From the NCBI GenBank assembly GCA_040235415.1, contig JBECKR010000312.1, positions 3,362 to 35,361 on the forward strand: a stretch of DNA of 32,000 bases, written 5' to 3'. The stretch comes from Acidobacteriota bacterium. GTDB taxonomy: Bacteria > Acidobacteriota > Polarisedimenticolia > Polarisedimenticolales > Polarisedimenticolaceae. Of the stretch, positions 7,814 through 15,987 are shown in pieces. The notes under the pieces were generated by a model. It saw only the letters and a program-made list of their open reading frames with translations. It searched no databases and was not told where the DNA came from. The position numbers were made by a program, and so were the translations under genes. The first letter of the stretch is position 1; each line of letters opens with the position of its first letter.

Positions 7814-8983
7814 ATGACCACGACGCTCTCGACCGACGATCTCGTCCGGGTGGTGCGCTCGGTCTTCCGTCCTCGCGAGGGAGACCGCGCGCTGGGAGTG
7901 CTCTGCGACCTCCCGGATCACCGGCTCGCGGACCGTCCCGAATGGGCCGAACGGCGTGCGATGGCCGCCGGCTGGACCGCTCGCCTTCGCGAGGGCGCCG
8001 TCACCCTCGGACTCGAGCGGGTCGATCTGCTGATGTACCGCAACGTCGCGCGCAACAACGCCGATCTGCCGGGCGAGATGTACGTGCATTCCGAAGGCGA
8101 ACTTCCCGAAGACGCGGACGATCTCCGGGTCGGCGCGATCTCGCTCGAGCGCGCTCTCTCGACGTACTCGATCCTGCTCGCCCCGACCGAGCTGTCGGCC
8201 ACCGCGCCGCTCAAGCTCCTCGCGAAGCACCACCGCTTCCGCGCGGCGACGATGGGCGGGTTCGCCCCGGCGATGATCCCGGCGCTGAAGCTCGATTGGG
8301 TCGAGATCGACCGGCGCTGCCGCGAGCTCAAGTCCCGGCTCGACCCCGCAGAGGCCGCACGCCTGCGGCTCGAGGCCGGCGGCGCGACGCACGAGCTCAC
8401 CCTCGACCTGCGCTACCGCGAGGCGATCGCGAGCGGGGGTCTCCTGACCGAGCCGGGATCTGCCGGCAACCTGCCGTCCGGCGAGACCTACATCGTGCCG
8501 TACGAGGGCGAGAGGCCGTCCGATTCGAGCCGCAGCCGAGGCACGCTCCCGCTCGAGCTCGAAGGCGAGCTCCTGCTGCTTCGGATCGAAGGCAACCGCG
8601 TCCGTGAAGTTCTCGGGGACGGTCCGGTGGCGGCTCGCGAGCGGGCCGAGATCGCCGACGAGCCGGCCTACGCGAACGTCGCCGAGCTCGGGATCGGGCT
8701 GCTCCGGGACTACGGCATCCGGCCGGTGGGCGCCCTCCTCCTCGACGAGAAGCTCGGGCCGCACGTGGCGTTCGGCCGGAGCGACCACTTCGGCGGTGCG
8801 GTCGGCGCCCGCGACTTCACCGCGCCGGACCGCGTCGTCCACATCGATCGCGTCTACATCCCGGAGGTCCAGCCGCAGGTGCGGGTGCGCGCGATCGACC
8901 TCGTGATGCCGGGTGCCGAGGTCCTTCCCCTCGTCCGCGACGGCAAGATCGTCGGGGCGGGACGCCGCGGCAACGGCGGGTGA
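7814..8983 (+). CDS. Aminopeptidase, M29 (AmpS/PepS, aminopeptidase T)-like, 389 aa
   Basis: Motifs I associate with peptidase M29 are GNLPSGETYIVP, AELGIG, HVAFGRSDHFGG and HIDRVY. The family call is from memory of motifs only. The ORF itself is strong (high GC3, clean boundaries). Confidence 0.6.
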   Translation: MTTTLSTDDLVRVVRSVFRPREGDRALGVLCDLPDHRLADRPEWAERRAMAAGWTARLREGAVTLGLERVDLLMYRNVARNNADLPGEMYVHSEGELPEDADDLRVGAISLERALSTYSILLAPTELSATAPLKLLAKHHRFRAATMGGFAPAMIPALKLDWVEIDRRCRELKSRLDPAEAARLRLEAGGATHELTLDLRYREAIASGGLLTEPGSAGNLPSGETYIVPYEGERPSDSSRSRGTLPLELEGELLLLRIEGNRVREVLGDGPVAARERAEIADEPAYANVAELGIGLLRDYGIRPVGALLLDEKLGPHVAFGRSDHFGGAVGARDFTAPDRVVHIDRVYIPEVQPQVRVRAIDLVMPGAEVLPLVRDGKIVGAGRRGNGG

Positions 8984-9012
8984 CGCGGCCAGAGCGCGCC
9001 CGGGGCGCCCCC

Positions 9013-9282
9013 CTACTCCTTGATCCAGGTGACTCGACTCGGGGGCGTGTTCTGGCACGCCACCGAGTCGGTCATGCCCGAAGCGAGAAACGCGCAAGCG
9101 TTGTCCTGGGCGGTCCGGACAGCCTCGTCGCGCGAGCGGCCGGAGGCCTGGCGGCATGCCTCGCGGCCGCGATACGCGACGCACACCTCGGCCGTGTAGC
9201 GATACTGCGACAGCATCGCGCACACCAGGAGCCCGAAGGTCAGCGCCGCGAACACGACCGCCACGACCACCGCCCGCTTCAT
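9013..9282 (-). CDS. Small membrane-anchored or secreted Cys-rich hypothetical protein (~89 aa)
   Basis: MKRAVVVAVVFAALTFGLLVCAML is a signal peptide or TM anchor, followed by 4 Cys (EVCVAY, EACRQ, NACAF, VACQN). An alternative GTG start at 9294 overlaps the FKBP gene stop as GTGA. Confidence 0.5.
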   Translation of the reverse strand: MKRAVVVAVVFAALTFGLLVCAMLSQYRYTAEVCVAYRGREACRQASGRSRDEAVRTAQDNACAFLASGMTDSVACQNTPPSRVTWIKE

Positions 9283-9290
9283 CGCAGGGG

Positions 9291-10052
9291 TCACGGATTA
9301 TCCGGCTTCGAGGTCTCCGGACTCGCGGGCTCCGGCGACTCCGGCGCTTCCTCGGCGCCGGCCTCGAGCGGCGCGATCTCGAGCAGCTCGATCTCGAACG
9401 TCAGGACCGCGGACGGCGGGATGAACGGCGGCATGCCCTGCTCGCCGTAGGCCAGCTCGGACGGGCAGATCAGCTTCGCCTTGCCGCCGACCTTCATGCG
9501 CGACACGCCCTCGCGGAAGCACGGGATGACGCTGCCGAGAGGAAACGTCGCGGGCTCGCCGTCCTTGGAGCTGTCGAACACCTTCCCGTCGCGGAAACGG
9601 CCGGTGTAGTGGATCTTGACGGTGTCGGATTCGGTCGGCTGGGCACCGCTGCCGACCTCGGCCTCGACGTAGATGAGGCCGGAATCGGTCTTGATGGCTC
9701 CCGGCTGCTTCGCGGCTTCGGCGAGGAATGCGTCGCCCGCGGCCTTCTCCTTCGCGACGAAATCCTGGCGGCGCGCGGCGAGCATCGCGTCGATCTTCGG
9801 TCCCCATTCCTCGAGATCGTACTTCGGCGTCCGGCCGAGGACGCCGTCCGCCAAGCCGGACTGGATTTTGGCCAGATCCGCCTCGGTCAGCCCGTAGTCC
9901 GCGAGTCGCTGGGACAGCGCGAGGCCGACCGCGTAGAGCACCTTGTCGTCGTCGTTTCCGCTACCGCCGCTCGCCGGCGGCGTCTGCGCCAGGGCCGGGA
10001 CGAGGGCGAGCGCGACAACCGCCGGGATCAGGAGCGGCATCCGACGTCTCAT
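9291..10052 (-). CDS. FKBP-type peptidyl-prolyl cis-trans isomerase, periplasmic FkpA/Mip-like, 253 aa
   Basis: The track ORF 9291..10637 is over-extended. ATG 10052 (MRRRMPLLIPAVVALALVPALA, a signal peptide) has GAGAGG 7 nt upstream. An FKBP_N-like helical region is followed by the FKBP core VKIHYTGRFRDGKVFDSS...FPLGSVIPCFREGVSRMKVGGKAKLICPSELAYGE. Confidence 0.9.
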   Translation of the reverse strand: MRRRMPLLIPAVVALALVPALAQTPPASGGSGNDDDKVLYAVGLALSQRLADYGLTEADLAKIQSGLADGVLGRTPKYDLEEWGPKIDAMLAARRQDFVAKEKAAGDAFLAEAAKQPGAIKTDSGLIYVEAEVGSGAQPTESDTVKIHYTGRFRDGKVFDSSKDGEPATFPLGSVIPCFREGVSRMKVGGKAKLICPSELAYGEQGMPPFIPPSAVLTFEIELLEIAPLEAGAEEAPESPEPASPETSKPDNP

Positions 10053-10206
10053 GGTTCGACCTCTCGAGGCGGCGCCGCCGGGCGCCGTCCTCTCGAACGC
10101 GTCCGGAGCCGGCCGCACCGCGCGGGGGCCCCCGACGGACCGGAGGGTTGTACCGCATCCGGGCCCGCGCCACAAATCCGAGCTTCTCGGGCCATCGGTC
10201 GCGGGG

Positions 10207-10212
10207 TACGAT
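10207..10212 (+). promoter_or_regulatory. Possible -10 box TACGAT for the ADP-ribosylglycohydrolase/GST unit
   Basis: TACGAT lies 27 nt upstream of GTG 10240 with the GGAGA RBS in between. This spacing matches the other candidate -10 elements. I saw no clear -35. Confidence 0.3.
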
Positions 10213-10239
10213 GCGCGAGCCCCGGCACGGAGAGTGGAC

Positions 10240-11169
10240 GTGGAGCTTCGAGAGCGGTATCGCGGCACCCTCCTGGGTCTCGCGTGCGGCGACGCCGTCG
10301 GCGCGGCGGTCGAATTCCGGCCGAGGGGGAGCTTCGAGCCGCTCACGGACATGGTCGGAGGGGGTCCGTTCGCGCTGCCGGCCGGGGCGTGGACCGACGA
10401 CACCTCGATGGCGCTCTGCCTCGCCGAGAGCCTGGTCGAGACCCGCGGGTTCGACGCGCTCGACCAGATGCGGCGGTACGTACGGTGGTGGAAGGAGGGC
10501 CACCTCTCGAGCACCGGCACGTGCTTCGACGTCGGGATGACGGTGCACCTCGCCCTCACCAAGTTCCTGGAGTCGGGCGATCCGTACTCCGGAACGGACG
10601 ACCCGCGAGTCGCCGGCAACGGCTCGATCATGCGCATCGCGCCGGTCGCTCTTTACTACCATCCGCACGAGGATGCCGTCATCGAGCGCGCGGCCGAGAG
10701 CTCGATGACGACGCATGGTGCGGCGGAATGCGTCGACGCGTGCCGCCTGCTCGGCTCGATGCTCCATCGGGCGCTGTCGGGGGCGGGTCGAGACGCGATC
10801 CTCGCGCAAGACGAGCCGTTCGGCCGGTCGCGCCCCAAGCTCGTCGAATCGATCCAGGAGATCGCGAGCGGTGCGTGGCGAGCCAAGGGCGAGGACGCGA
10901 TCGAGGGGAGCGGCCGGGTCGTGCGCTCGCTCGAGGCCGCGACGTGGTGCTTCGCGCAGGCGCGGGACTTCCGCGACGCCGTGCTGCGGGCGGCGAACCT
11001 CGGCGACGACGCGGACTCCACGGCGGCGGTGTGCGGGCAGATCGCCGGCGCCTACTGGGGGGCGGGCGGCATCCCCGGCTCGTGGCTCGACAAGCTGGCG
11101 AAGCGCGAGACGATCGCCGCGTTGGCCGACCGACTTTTGGAAGCGAGGGTGTCAGACACCGGTGTCTGA
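10240..11169 (+). CDS. ADP-ribosylglycohydrolase (ARH/DraG family), ~309 aa
   Basis: The track ORF 9943..11169 is over-extended. I start it at GTG 10240 (GGAGA 6 nt upstream); GTG 10234 is an alternative. Family motifs are RGTLLGLACGDAVGAAVEF, WTDDTSMALCLAESL, GNGSIMRIAP and LGDDADSTAAVCGQIAGAYWG. The last 6 codons and the stop lie inside the 26-bp palindrome. Confidence 0.88.
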   Translation: MELRERYRGTLLGLACGDAVGAAVEFRPRGSFEPLTDMVGGGPFALPAGAWTDDTSMALCLAESLVETRGFDALDQMRRYVRWWKEGHLSSTGTCFDVGMTVHLALTKFLESGDPYSGTDDPRVAGNGSIMRIAPVALYYHPHEDAVIERAAESSMTTHGAAECVDACRLLGSMLHRALSGAGRDAILAQDEPFGRSRPKLVESIQEIASGAWRAKGEDAIEGSGRVVRSLEAATWCFAQARDFRDAVLRAANLGDDADSTAAVCGQIAGAYWGAGGIPGSWLDKLAKRETIAALADRLLEARVSDTGV

Positions 11170-11173
11170 CACC
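11148..11173. repeat. REP-like perfect 26-bp palindrome GGTGTCAGACACCGGTGTCTGACACC (copy 1, arrangement U-U')
   Basis: Read directly from the sequence; it is its own reverse complement. It overlaps the ARH stop codon (11167-11169) and lies 22 nt upstream of the GST start. Confidence 0.9.
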
Positions 11174-11195
11174 GTCGGGGACGGCGGGAGGGACG

Positions 11196-11792
11196 ATGCT
11201 GCGTTTGTACGACATGTCGGTGTCGGGGAACTGCTACAAGGTACGACTGCTTCTTGCCCAACTCGGTACGTCGTACGAGCGTATCGCGATCGAGCCCGGG
11301 CCTCGGGACGAACGACCGGAGGGCGTGCGGGCACTCAACCCGCACGGTCGTGTGCCGGTGCTCGTTCTCGAGGACGGTCGCGTGCTGCCCGAGTCGAACG
11401 CGATCCTGTGGCACCTCGCGCGAGGAACGCCGTTCCTTCCGGAGGACCCGTTCGCGCGTGTCGAGGTCCTGCGCTGGATGTTCTTCGAGCAGAACGCGAT
11501 CGAGCCGAACCTGGCGGTCGTGCGCTATCTCGTCGCGATAGCGAACGAGGCGGACGACTATCCGGAATCGATCCGGGTGCGGAGCGCGGCCGGCCATCAG
11601 GCCCTGGCGGCGATGGACGCCTGGCTCGACGGTCGCCGGTTCTTCGTCGGCGACACGTACTCGATCGCCGACATCGCGCTGTTCGCGTACACTCACGCCG
11701 CCCAGGAGGGGAGATTCGATCTCGCCCCGGTCGGCAACGTCCGCGATTGGCTCGAGCGCGTTCGCAGCCAGCCCGGCTGGGTGCCGATGTAA
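11196..11792 (+). CDS. Glutathione S-transferase, 198 aa
   Basis: MLRLYDMSVSGNCYKVRLLLAQLG...VPVLVLEDGRVLPESNAILWHLA gives a thioredoxin-like GST N-domain with the ES-N site. The C-domain has FFVGDTYSIADIALFAY. GGGAGG lies 4 nt upstream of the ATG. Confidence 0.88.
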   Translation: MLRLYDMSVSGNCYKVRLLLAQLGTSYERIAIEPGPRDERPEGVRALNPHGRVPVLVLEDGRVLPESNAILWHLARGTPFLPEDPFARVEVLRWMFFEQNAIEPNLAVVRYLVAIANEADDYPESIRVRSAAGHQALAAMDAWLDGRRFFVGDTYSIADIALFAYTHAAQEGRFDLAPVGNVRDWLERVRSQPGWVPM

Positions 11793-11796
11793 GAAC

Positions 11797-11809
11797 GGTG
11801 TCCGACACC
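11797..11809. repeat. Single 13-nt unit of the repeat family, GGTGTCCGACACC (half copy)
   Basis: It is preceded by GAAC like two of the full copies. It sits between the convergent GST stop (11792) and clpA stop (11820), a likely terminator position. Confidence 0.7.
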
Positions 11810-11819
11810 GCATTGGCAT

Positions 11820-14051
11820 TCAGGGACGGAGGACGAGGGCGCCGTCGGCGACGTCGATCGTGACCTTGCCCCCGCGTTCGAGGCGTCCGAACAGCAGGAG
11901 CTCCGTCAGCGGCGTCTTGACGTGCTCGTGCATCACGCGCGCGAGCGGACGCGCGCCGAATGCCGGGTCGAGGCCCTTCTCGGCGAGCCAGCGGCGCGCC
12001 GCATCGGTCAGCGCGATCGTGACCTTGCGCCCGGCCACCTGGTCGCGGAGCTCGCCGACGAACTTGTCGACGATGCGCTCCATGATCTCGATATCGAGGG
12101 CGCGGAACGCGATCCGGGCGTCCAGGCGGTTGCGGAACTCGGGGCTGAACAGCTTTTCCAGCGCCTTCGCGTCGGCGCCGGGCGTCCCCGAGCGCGTCTC
12201 GAAGCCCACCGGACGTTGCGCGAGCTCACGGGCGCCCGCGTTCGAGGTCATGAGCAGGATCGTCTGGCGGAAATCGGCCTGCTTGCCGTTGGTGTCGGTC
12301 AACGTGCCGTGGTCCATGATCTGAAGCAGGATGTTGAAGACGTCCGGGTGCGCTTTCTCGATTTCGTCGAGCAGGAGCACGGCGTGGGGCGACTGGCTGA
12401 CCGCCTCGGTCAGGAGACCGCCGCGGTCGTAACCGACGTAGCCGGGAGGGGCGCCGACGAGGCGGGCGACGGAGTGCCGCTCCATGTACTCGCTCATGTC
12501 GAACCGCAGGAACGCGATCCCCAGCACCTTCGCGAGCTGCTTCGTGACCTCGGTCTTCCCGACACCGGTCGGACCGGTCAAGAGGAAGCACCCGACCGGG
12601 CGGTCCGGCTCGCGCAGCCCGGCGCGCGACGTCTTGATCGCGGCGACGAGCCGCTCGATCGCGTGGTCCTGGCCGAACACCACCCGCTTCAGCTCGGCCT
12701 CGAGGTTCAGCAACCGGTCGCGATCGCTGCCCTTCACCCGCTGGACCGGGATCTGCGCCATCGAGGCCAGAACCCGCTCGATCTCGGAGACCCCGACCTG
12801 CTTGCGCCCGGCGAGCGCTGCCGTCGCCCCGGCCTCGTCGATGAGGTCGATCGCCTTGTCCGGGAGCCTGCGGTCGCGTAGGTACCGTCCCGCGAGCTCG
12901 GCCGCGGAGCGCAGCGCCGCCGTGCTGTAGCGGACGCCGTGGTGCTCCTCGTAGCGCGATTGCAAGCCGCGCAGGATCGCGACGGTGTCGTCGATGCTCG
13001 CCTCCTTGACCTCGATCTTCTGGAAGCGGCGCGCGAGCGCGCGATCCCGTTCGAAGTACTGGCGGTAGTCCTCCCACGTCGTCGCGCCGATGAACCGCAG
13101 CGTCCCGGCCTCGAGCGCGGGTTTCAAGAGGTTGGACGCGTCCGTCGTGCCGCTTCCCGCGGCGCCGGCGCCGACGAGCGTGTGGATCTCGTCGATGAAC
13201 AGGATCGATCTCGGCTTGTCCTCGAGCGCTCGAATGACGGCCTTCAAGCGATTCTCGAAGTCGCCGCGGTAGCGCGTTCCCGCGAGCAGCGCCCCGAGAT
13301 CGAGGCGATGGATCGAGACGTCGCGAAGCGGCTCCGGGACCGACCCTCCCGCGATCTTGAACGCCAGCCCCTCGACGAGAGCGGTCTTCCCGACGCCAGG
13401 ATCGCCGACGAACACCGGGTTGTTCTTGCGGCGCCGCTGGAGCACGTGGATCGCACGGTCGATCTCGAGCGCGCGGCCGATCAGCGGATCGATGGCGCCC
13501 TGCCGCGCGAGCGCCGTGAGATCTCTCGCGAACGCCTCGAGCGGGTCCTCGACGGCCAGATCCTCGTCGTCGCCTCCGGGAAGCGGCCGGCCGGTGGGGG
13601 CTCCGACCGCGCCGTCCTTGGTCTCGCCGTGGGCGAGGAAGTTCACGACGTCGAGCCGGCGCACACCCTGCTCCTCGAGGAAGTGCACGGCGTAGCAGTC
13701 CGGTTCGTCGAACAGCGCGACCAGCAGGTCGTAGGCCTCGATCTGCTCCCGCCGCCCGTTGCCTTCGACGTGCGCCGCCGCGCGGCTGAGGACGCGCTGG
13801 ACGCCGCGGGACAGGCGCGGCTCGCCGTCGTCGTCGTCCCGACGCGGGGTGATCTCGTGATCGAGGTACTTCCTCAACCGCTCCCGAAGGCGCTCGAGGT
13901 CGGCGCCCGAGCTTCGCAGCACCTTCGCGGTGCGCTCGTCCATGACGAGCGCCGAAAGCAGGTGCTCGAGCCCCGCGAACTCGTGCGACCGGCTCGCCGC
14001 TTCGGTGAGCGCGACCGAGAGCGAGATCTGGGCGTCGGTCGAGAGTCTCAT
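11820..14051 (-). CDS. clpA: ATP-dependent Clp protease ATP-binding subunit ClpA, 743 aa
   Basis: The track ORF is over-extended. ATG 14051 (MRLSTDAQISLSVALTEAASRSHEFAGLEHLL) overlaps the clpS stop as ATGA. There are two AAA+ modules (GDPGVGKTA and GPTGVGKTE Walker A; DEIH and LLLDEIEKAH Walker B). The ClpA-type N-domain has no middle coiled-coil of ClpB length. Confidence 0.95.
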   Translation of the reverse strand: MRLSTDAQISLSVALTEAASRSHEFAGLEHLLSALVMDERTAKVLRSSGADLERLRERLRKYLDHEITPRRDDDDGEPRLSRGVQRVLSRAAAHVEGNGRREQIEAYDLLVALFDEPDCYAVHFLEEQGVRRLDVVNFLAHGETKDGAVGAPTGRPLPGGDDEDLAVEDPLEAFARDLTALARQGAIDPLIGRALEIDRAIHVLQRRRKNNPVFVGDPGVGKTALVEGLAFKIAGGSVPEPLRDVSIHRLDLGALLAGTRYRGDFENRLKAVIRALEDKPRSILFIDEIHTLVGAGAAGSGTTDASNLLKPALEAGTLRFIGATTWEDYRQYFERDRALARRFQKIEVKEASIDDTVAILRGLQSRYEEHHGVRYSTAALRSAAELAGRYLRDRRLPDKAIDLIDEAGATAALAGRKQVGVSEIERVLASMAQIPVQRVKGSDRDRLLNLEAELKRVVFGQDHAIERLVAAIKTSRAGLREPDRPVGCFLLTGPTGVGKTEVTKQLAKVLGIAFLRFDMSEYMERHSVARLVGAPPGYVGYDRGGLLTEAVSQSPHAVLLLDEIEKAHPDVFNILLQIMDHGTLTDTNGKQADFRQTILLMTSNAGARELAQRPVGFETRSGTPGADAKALEKLFSPEFRNRLDARIAFRALDIEIMERIVDKFVGELRDQVAGRKVTIALTDAARRWLAEKGLDPAFGARPLARVMHEHVKTPLTELLLFGRLERGGKVTIDVADGALVLRP

Positions 14052-14392
14052 TCGGGCTCCGCCGTGAGCTTCAGCGGCATCCCCATCTCGCGGGCCTCCT
14101 CCGAGACGGTCGCGACCTTCGTCTCGGCGAGGTCCCGGGGGTAGACGCCCGCCACGCCGCTGCCCTTGTGGTGCACCTGCAGCATGACGTGCGTCGCCTC
14201 GGCCACGGTCTTCTCGAAGTGCTTCATCAGAACGTAGACCACGAAGTCCATGGTGGTGTAGTCGTCGTTGTGGACCACGACACGCCACGGGCGGGGACGC
14301 CGCGTCCGCGTCCGTTCCCTCGTCGCGGTGCGCTCGCCGCCCTGCTGCTTCCGCTCGCTCATGTCGTCGTCGGGACCGGGGACCCCGGACAT
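14048..14392 (-). CDS. clpS: ATP-dependent Clp protease adaptor ClpS, 114 aa
   Basis: The core WRVVVHNDDYTTMDFVVYVLMKHFEKTVAEATHVMLQVHHKGSGVAGVY is canonical ClpS. ATG 14392 overlaps the aat stop (TAATG). An internal ATG at 14362 is a possible alternative start. Confidence 0.93.
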   Translation of the reverse strand: MSGVPGPDDDMSERKQQGGERTATRERTRTRRPRPWRVVVHNDDYTTMDFVVYVLMKHFEKTVAEATHVMLQVHHKGSGVAGVYPRDLAETKVATVSEEAREMGMPLKLTAEPE

Positions 14393-15135
14393 TATAGGTC
14401 AGCGCGACGCATGCCGTCGTCGTGGCGGAACGCCGCGCCGTCGGCGAGATCGTCGTCGATCCGCCACGGCCCGGCACGGCGCCGCGCCGCGAGGGAGCTC
14501 CCGAGCACCGCGAGGTAGCGCGACCTCGGCCAGTCCTCGGCGCCGAACCGGACGACGTGCTCGCTCCGGATCTGCGCGTCGAACAGGGAGAATCCCCATC
14601 GCGAGATTTGGCGGACGAGCGTCACGAGAGCGACCTTCGAGGCGTCTGGGATCCGCGCGAACATCGACTCCCCGACGAACACGCCGCCGACGGCGACGCC
14701 GTACAGCCCCCCCGCGAGTTCGTCGTCGGTCCACGCCTCGACGGAGTGCACGTGACCGGCGTCGTGCAGTTTCCCGAACGCCTCCATGATCCCGCTCGTG
14801 ATCCAGGTCCCGGGGCCGGTCGGGCGGGGCGCGTCGGCGCACCGCCGGATGACCTCGCGAAAGGCGCGATCGATCGAGACCCGGAACCGGCCGGTCTTGA
14901 TCTTCCGGGCCAGCCGCCTGGGGACGTGGAGATTCGACGGCACGATCACCGTCCGGGGATCCGGCGAGAACCAAAGCAACGGGTAGCGACGATGAGGCCA
15001 CGGGAAGATACCCGAGCGGTACGCCAGCAGGACGCGCTCGGGGCGAAGGTCGCCGCCGATCGCGAGAAGCCCGTCCTCGTCCGCCTCGGAGGCGGGAGGG
15101 AACACGAGGGCGCGCGACAGGCGGTAGACGGTCAA
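14392..15135 (-). CDS. aat: Leucyl/phenylalanyl-tRNA--protein transferase (L/F-transferase), ~247 aa
   Basis: This is the C-terminal part of the spurious 1152-aa track ORF. YRLSRALVFPP...GLLAIGGDLRPERVLLAYRSGIFPW...PLLWFSPDPR...GTWITSGIMEAFGKLHDAGHVHSVEAW..ELAGGLYGVAVGGVFVGESMF is collinear with E. coli Aat. The start is set at TTG 15135 (GGGGA 7 nt upstream) and is uncertain. Confidence 0.86.
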   Translation of the reverse strand: MTVYRLSRALVFPPASEADEDGLLAIGGDLRPERVLLAYRSGIFPWPHRRYPLLWFSPDPRTVIVPSNLHVPRRLARKIKTGRFRVSIDRAFREVIRRCADAPRPTGPGTWITSGIMEAFGKLHDAGHVHSVEAWTDDELAGGLYGVAVGGVFVGESMFARIPDASKVALVTLVRQISRWGFSLFDAQIRSEHVVRFGAEDWPRSRYLAVLGSSLAARRRAGPWRIDDDLADGAAFRHDDGMRRADL

Positions 15136-15164
15136 GTCGGTTCCCCGACGGGGTTCGCAATGGG

Positions 15165-15170
15165 ATGATA
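15165..15170 (-). promoter_or_regulatory. Possible -10 box TATCAT for aat-clpS-clpA
   Basis: The minus strand reads TATCAT, 29 nt upstream of the TTG start, the same spacing as the thyA box. Confidence 0.3.
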
Positions 15171-15213
15171 GCCGAAGGCACGACCGAGAACCGTTCGGTC
15201 CGGAGGCGCGCAG

Positions 15214-15900
15214 GTGGTCACGCTCATCCTGCCGACGCTCGACGAGGAGGCGTACCTCCCGGCGACGCTCGAGGCCCTCCTGCCCCAGGCCCGAGCCGAG
15301 GGGGCCGAGGTCCTCGTCGTCGACGGCGGCAGCGGAGACCGCACGCGCGACGTCGCGTGCGCGCGCGCCGGCGTCGGCGTTATCGAAGCCGGCCGCGGGC
15401 GCGGCCGACAGATGAACGCCGGGGCACGGGCCGCCCGGGGGTCGCTGCTGGCGTTCGTGCCGGCGGACACCCTGCTCCCTCCGGGCGCGGTCGCGGCGCT
15501 CGCCGAGGTCGACGCCCGCGGCCGGCCCGAGGCCGGAGGCTTCCGGCAGCGCTTCGATCGCGGAGGGATCGGTCTCGCGACGATCTCGCGGCTCCACAAC
15601 CTCCGGGCCCGCTTGACCGGCGTGATGTACGGCGACCAGGTCCCGTTCGTCCGGGCCGAGCTGTTTCGGGACCTCGGCGGCTATCGCGAGGACCGGGACC
15701 TCGAGGACGTCGAGCTCGGCACGCGCCTTCGACGCATCACCCGTCCCCGGCTCCTCCCGCTCGCCGTCACGACGTCGGCGCGGCGCTTCGTGCGTCACGG
15801 TGTCGCGCGCGCCACGTGGGACGCGGCGTGGATCCTGTTCGCATGGACGTTCCTGCGCCGTGTCCGGTCGTCGCGCACGTTCTTCGACCCGGTGCGATGA
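15214..15900 (+). CDS. Family 2 glycosyltransferase (TIGR04283-like), 228 aa
   Basis: LILPTLDEEAYLPATLEAL...VLVVDGGSGDRT...RGRGRQMNAGA...FVPADTLLP...YGDQVPFVR...EDVEL...TSARRF. GGAGG lies 7 nt upstream of the GTG start. Confidence 0.8.
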   Translation: MVTLILPTLDEEAYLPATLEALLPQARAEGAEVLVVDGGSGDRTRDVACARAGVGVIEAGRGRGRQMNAGARAARGSLLAFVPADTLLPPGAVAALAEVDARGRPEAGGFRQRFDRGGIGLATISRLHNLRARLTGVMYGDQVPFVRAELFRDLGGYREDRDLEDVELGTRLRRITRPRLLPLAVTTSARRFVRHGVARATWDAAWILFAWTFLRRVRSSRTFFDPVR

Positions 15901-15987
15901 ACCGGGCTCGCGCGGGGAGGGTAGGATGGGACGAGTCGGGGACGCGACGCCCGCGAAGAACCGACGAAAACCGAAAGGAGATCGAGG

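Noticed and set aside
8996-9008. GCGCC-cgg-GGCGC between the convergent aminopeptidase and Cys-rich protein genes, considered as a possible terminator.
   Set aside because: It has only a 5-bp stem with a 3-nt loop and no U-tract, which is too weak to call.
9156-11792. An 878-aa + strand ORF.
   Set aside because: Only the C-terminal 198 aa (GST, from ATG 11196) are genuine. The upstream part is low-complexity R/G/A-rich sequence that is antisense to the FKBP gene and out of frame with the ADP-ribosylglycohydrolase.
14391-14396. A perfect TATAAT on the minus strand.
   Set aside because: It is formed by the aat stop / clpS start junction (CTA TAA TG) and overlaps the clpS ATG itself, so it cannot serve as a -10 for clpS. 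It is most likely coincidental.
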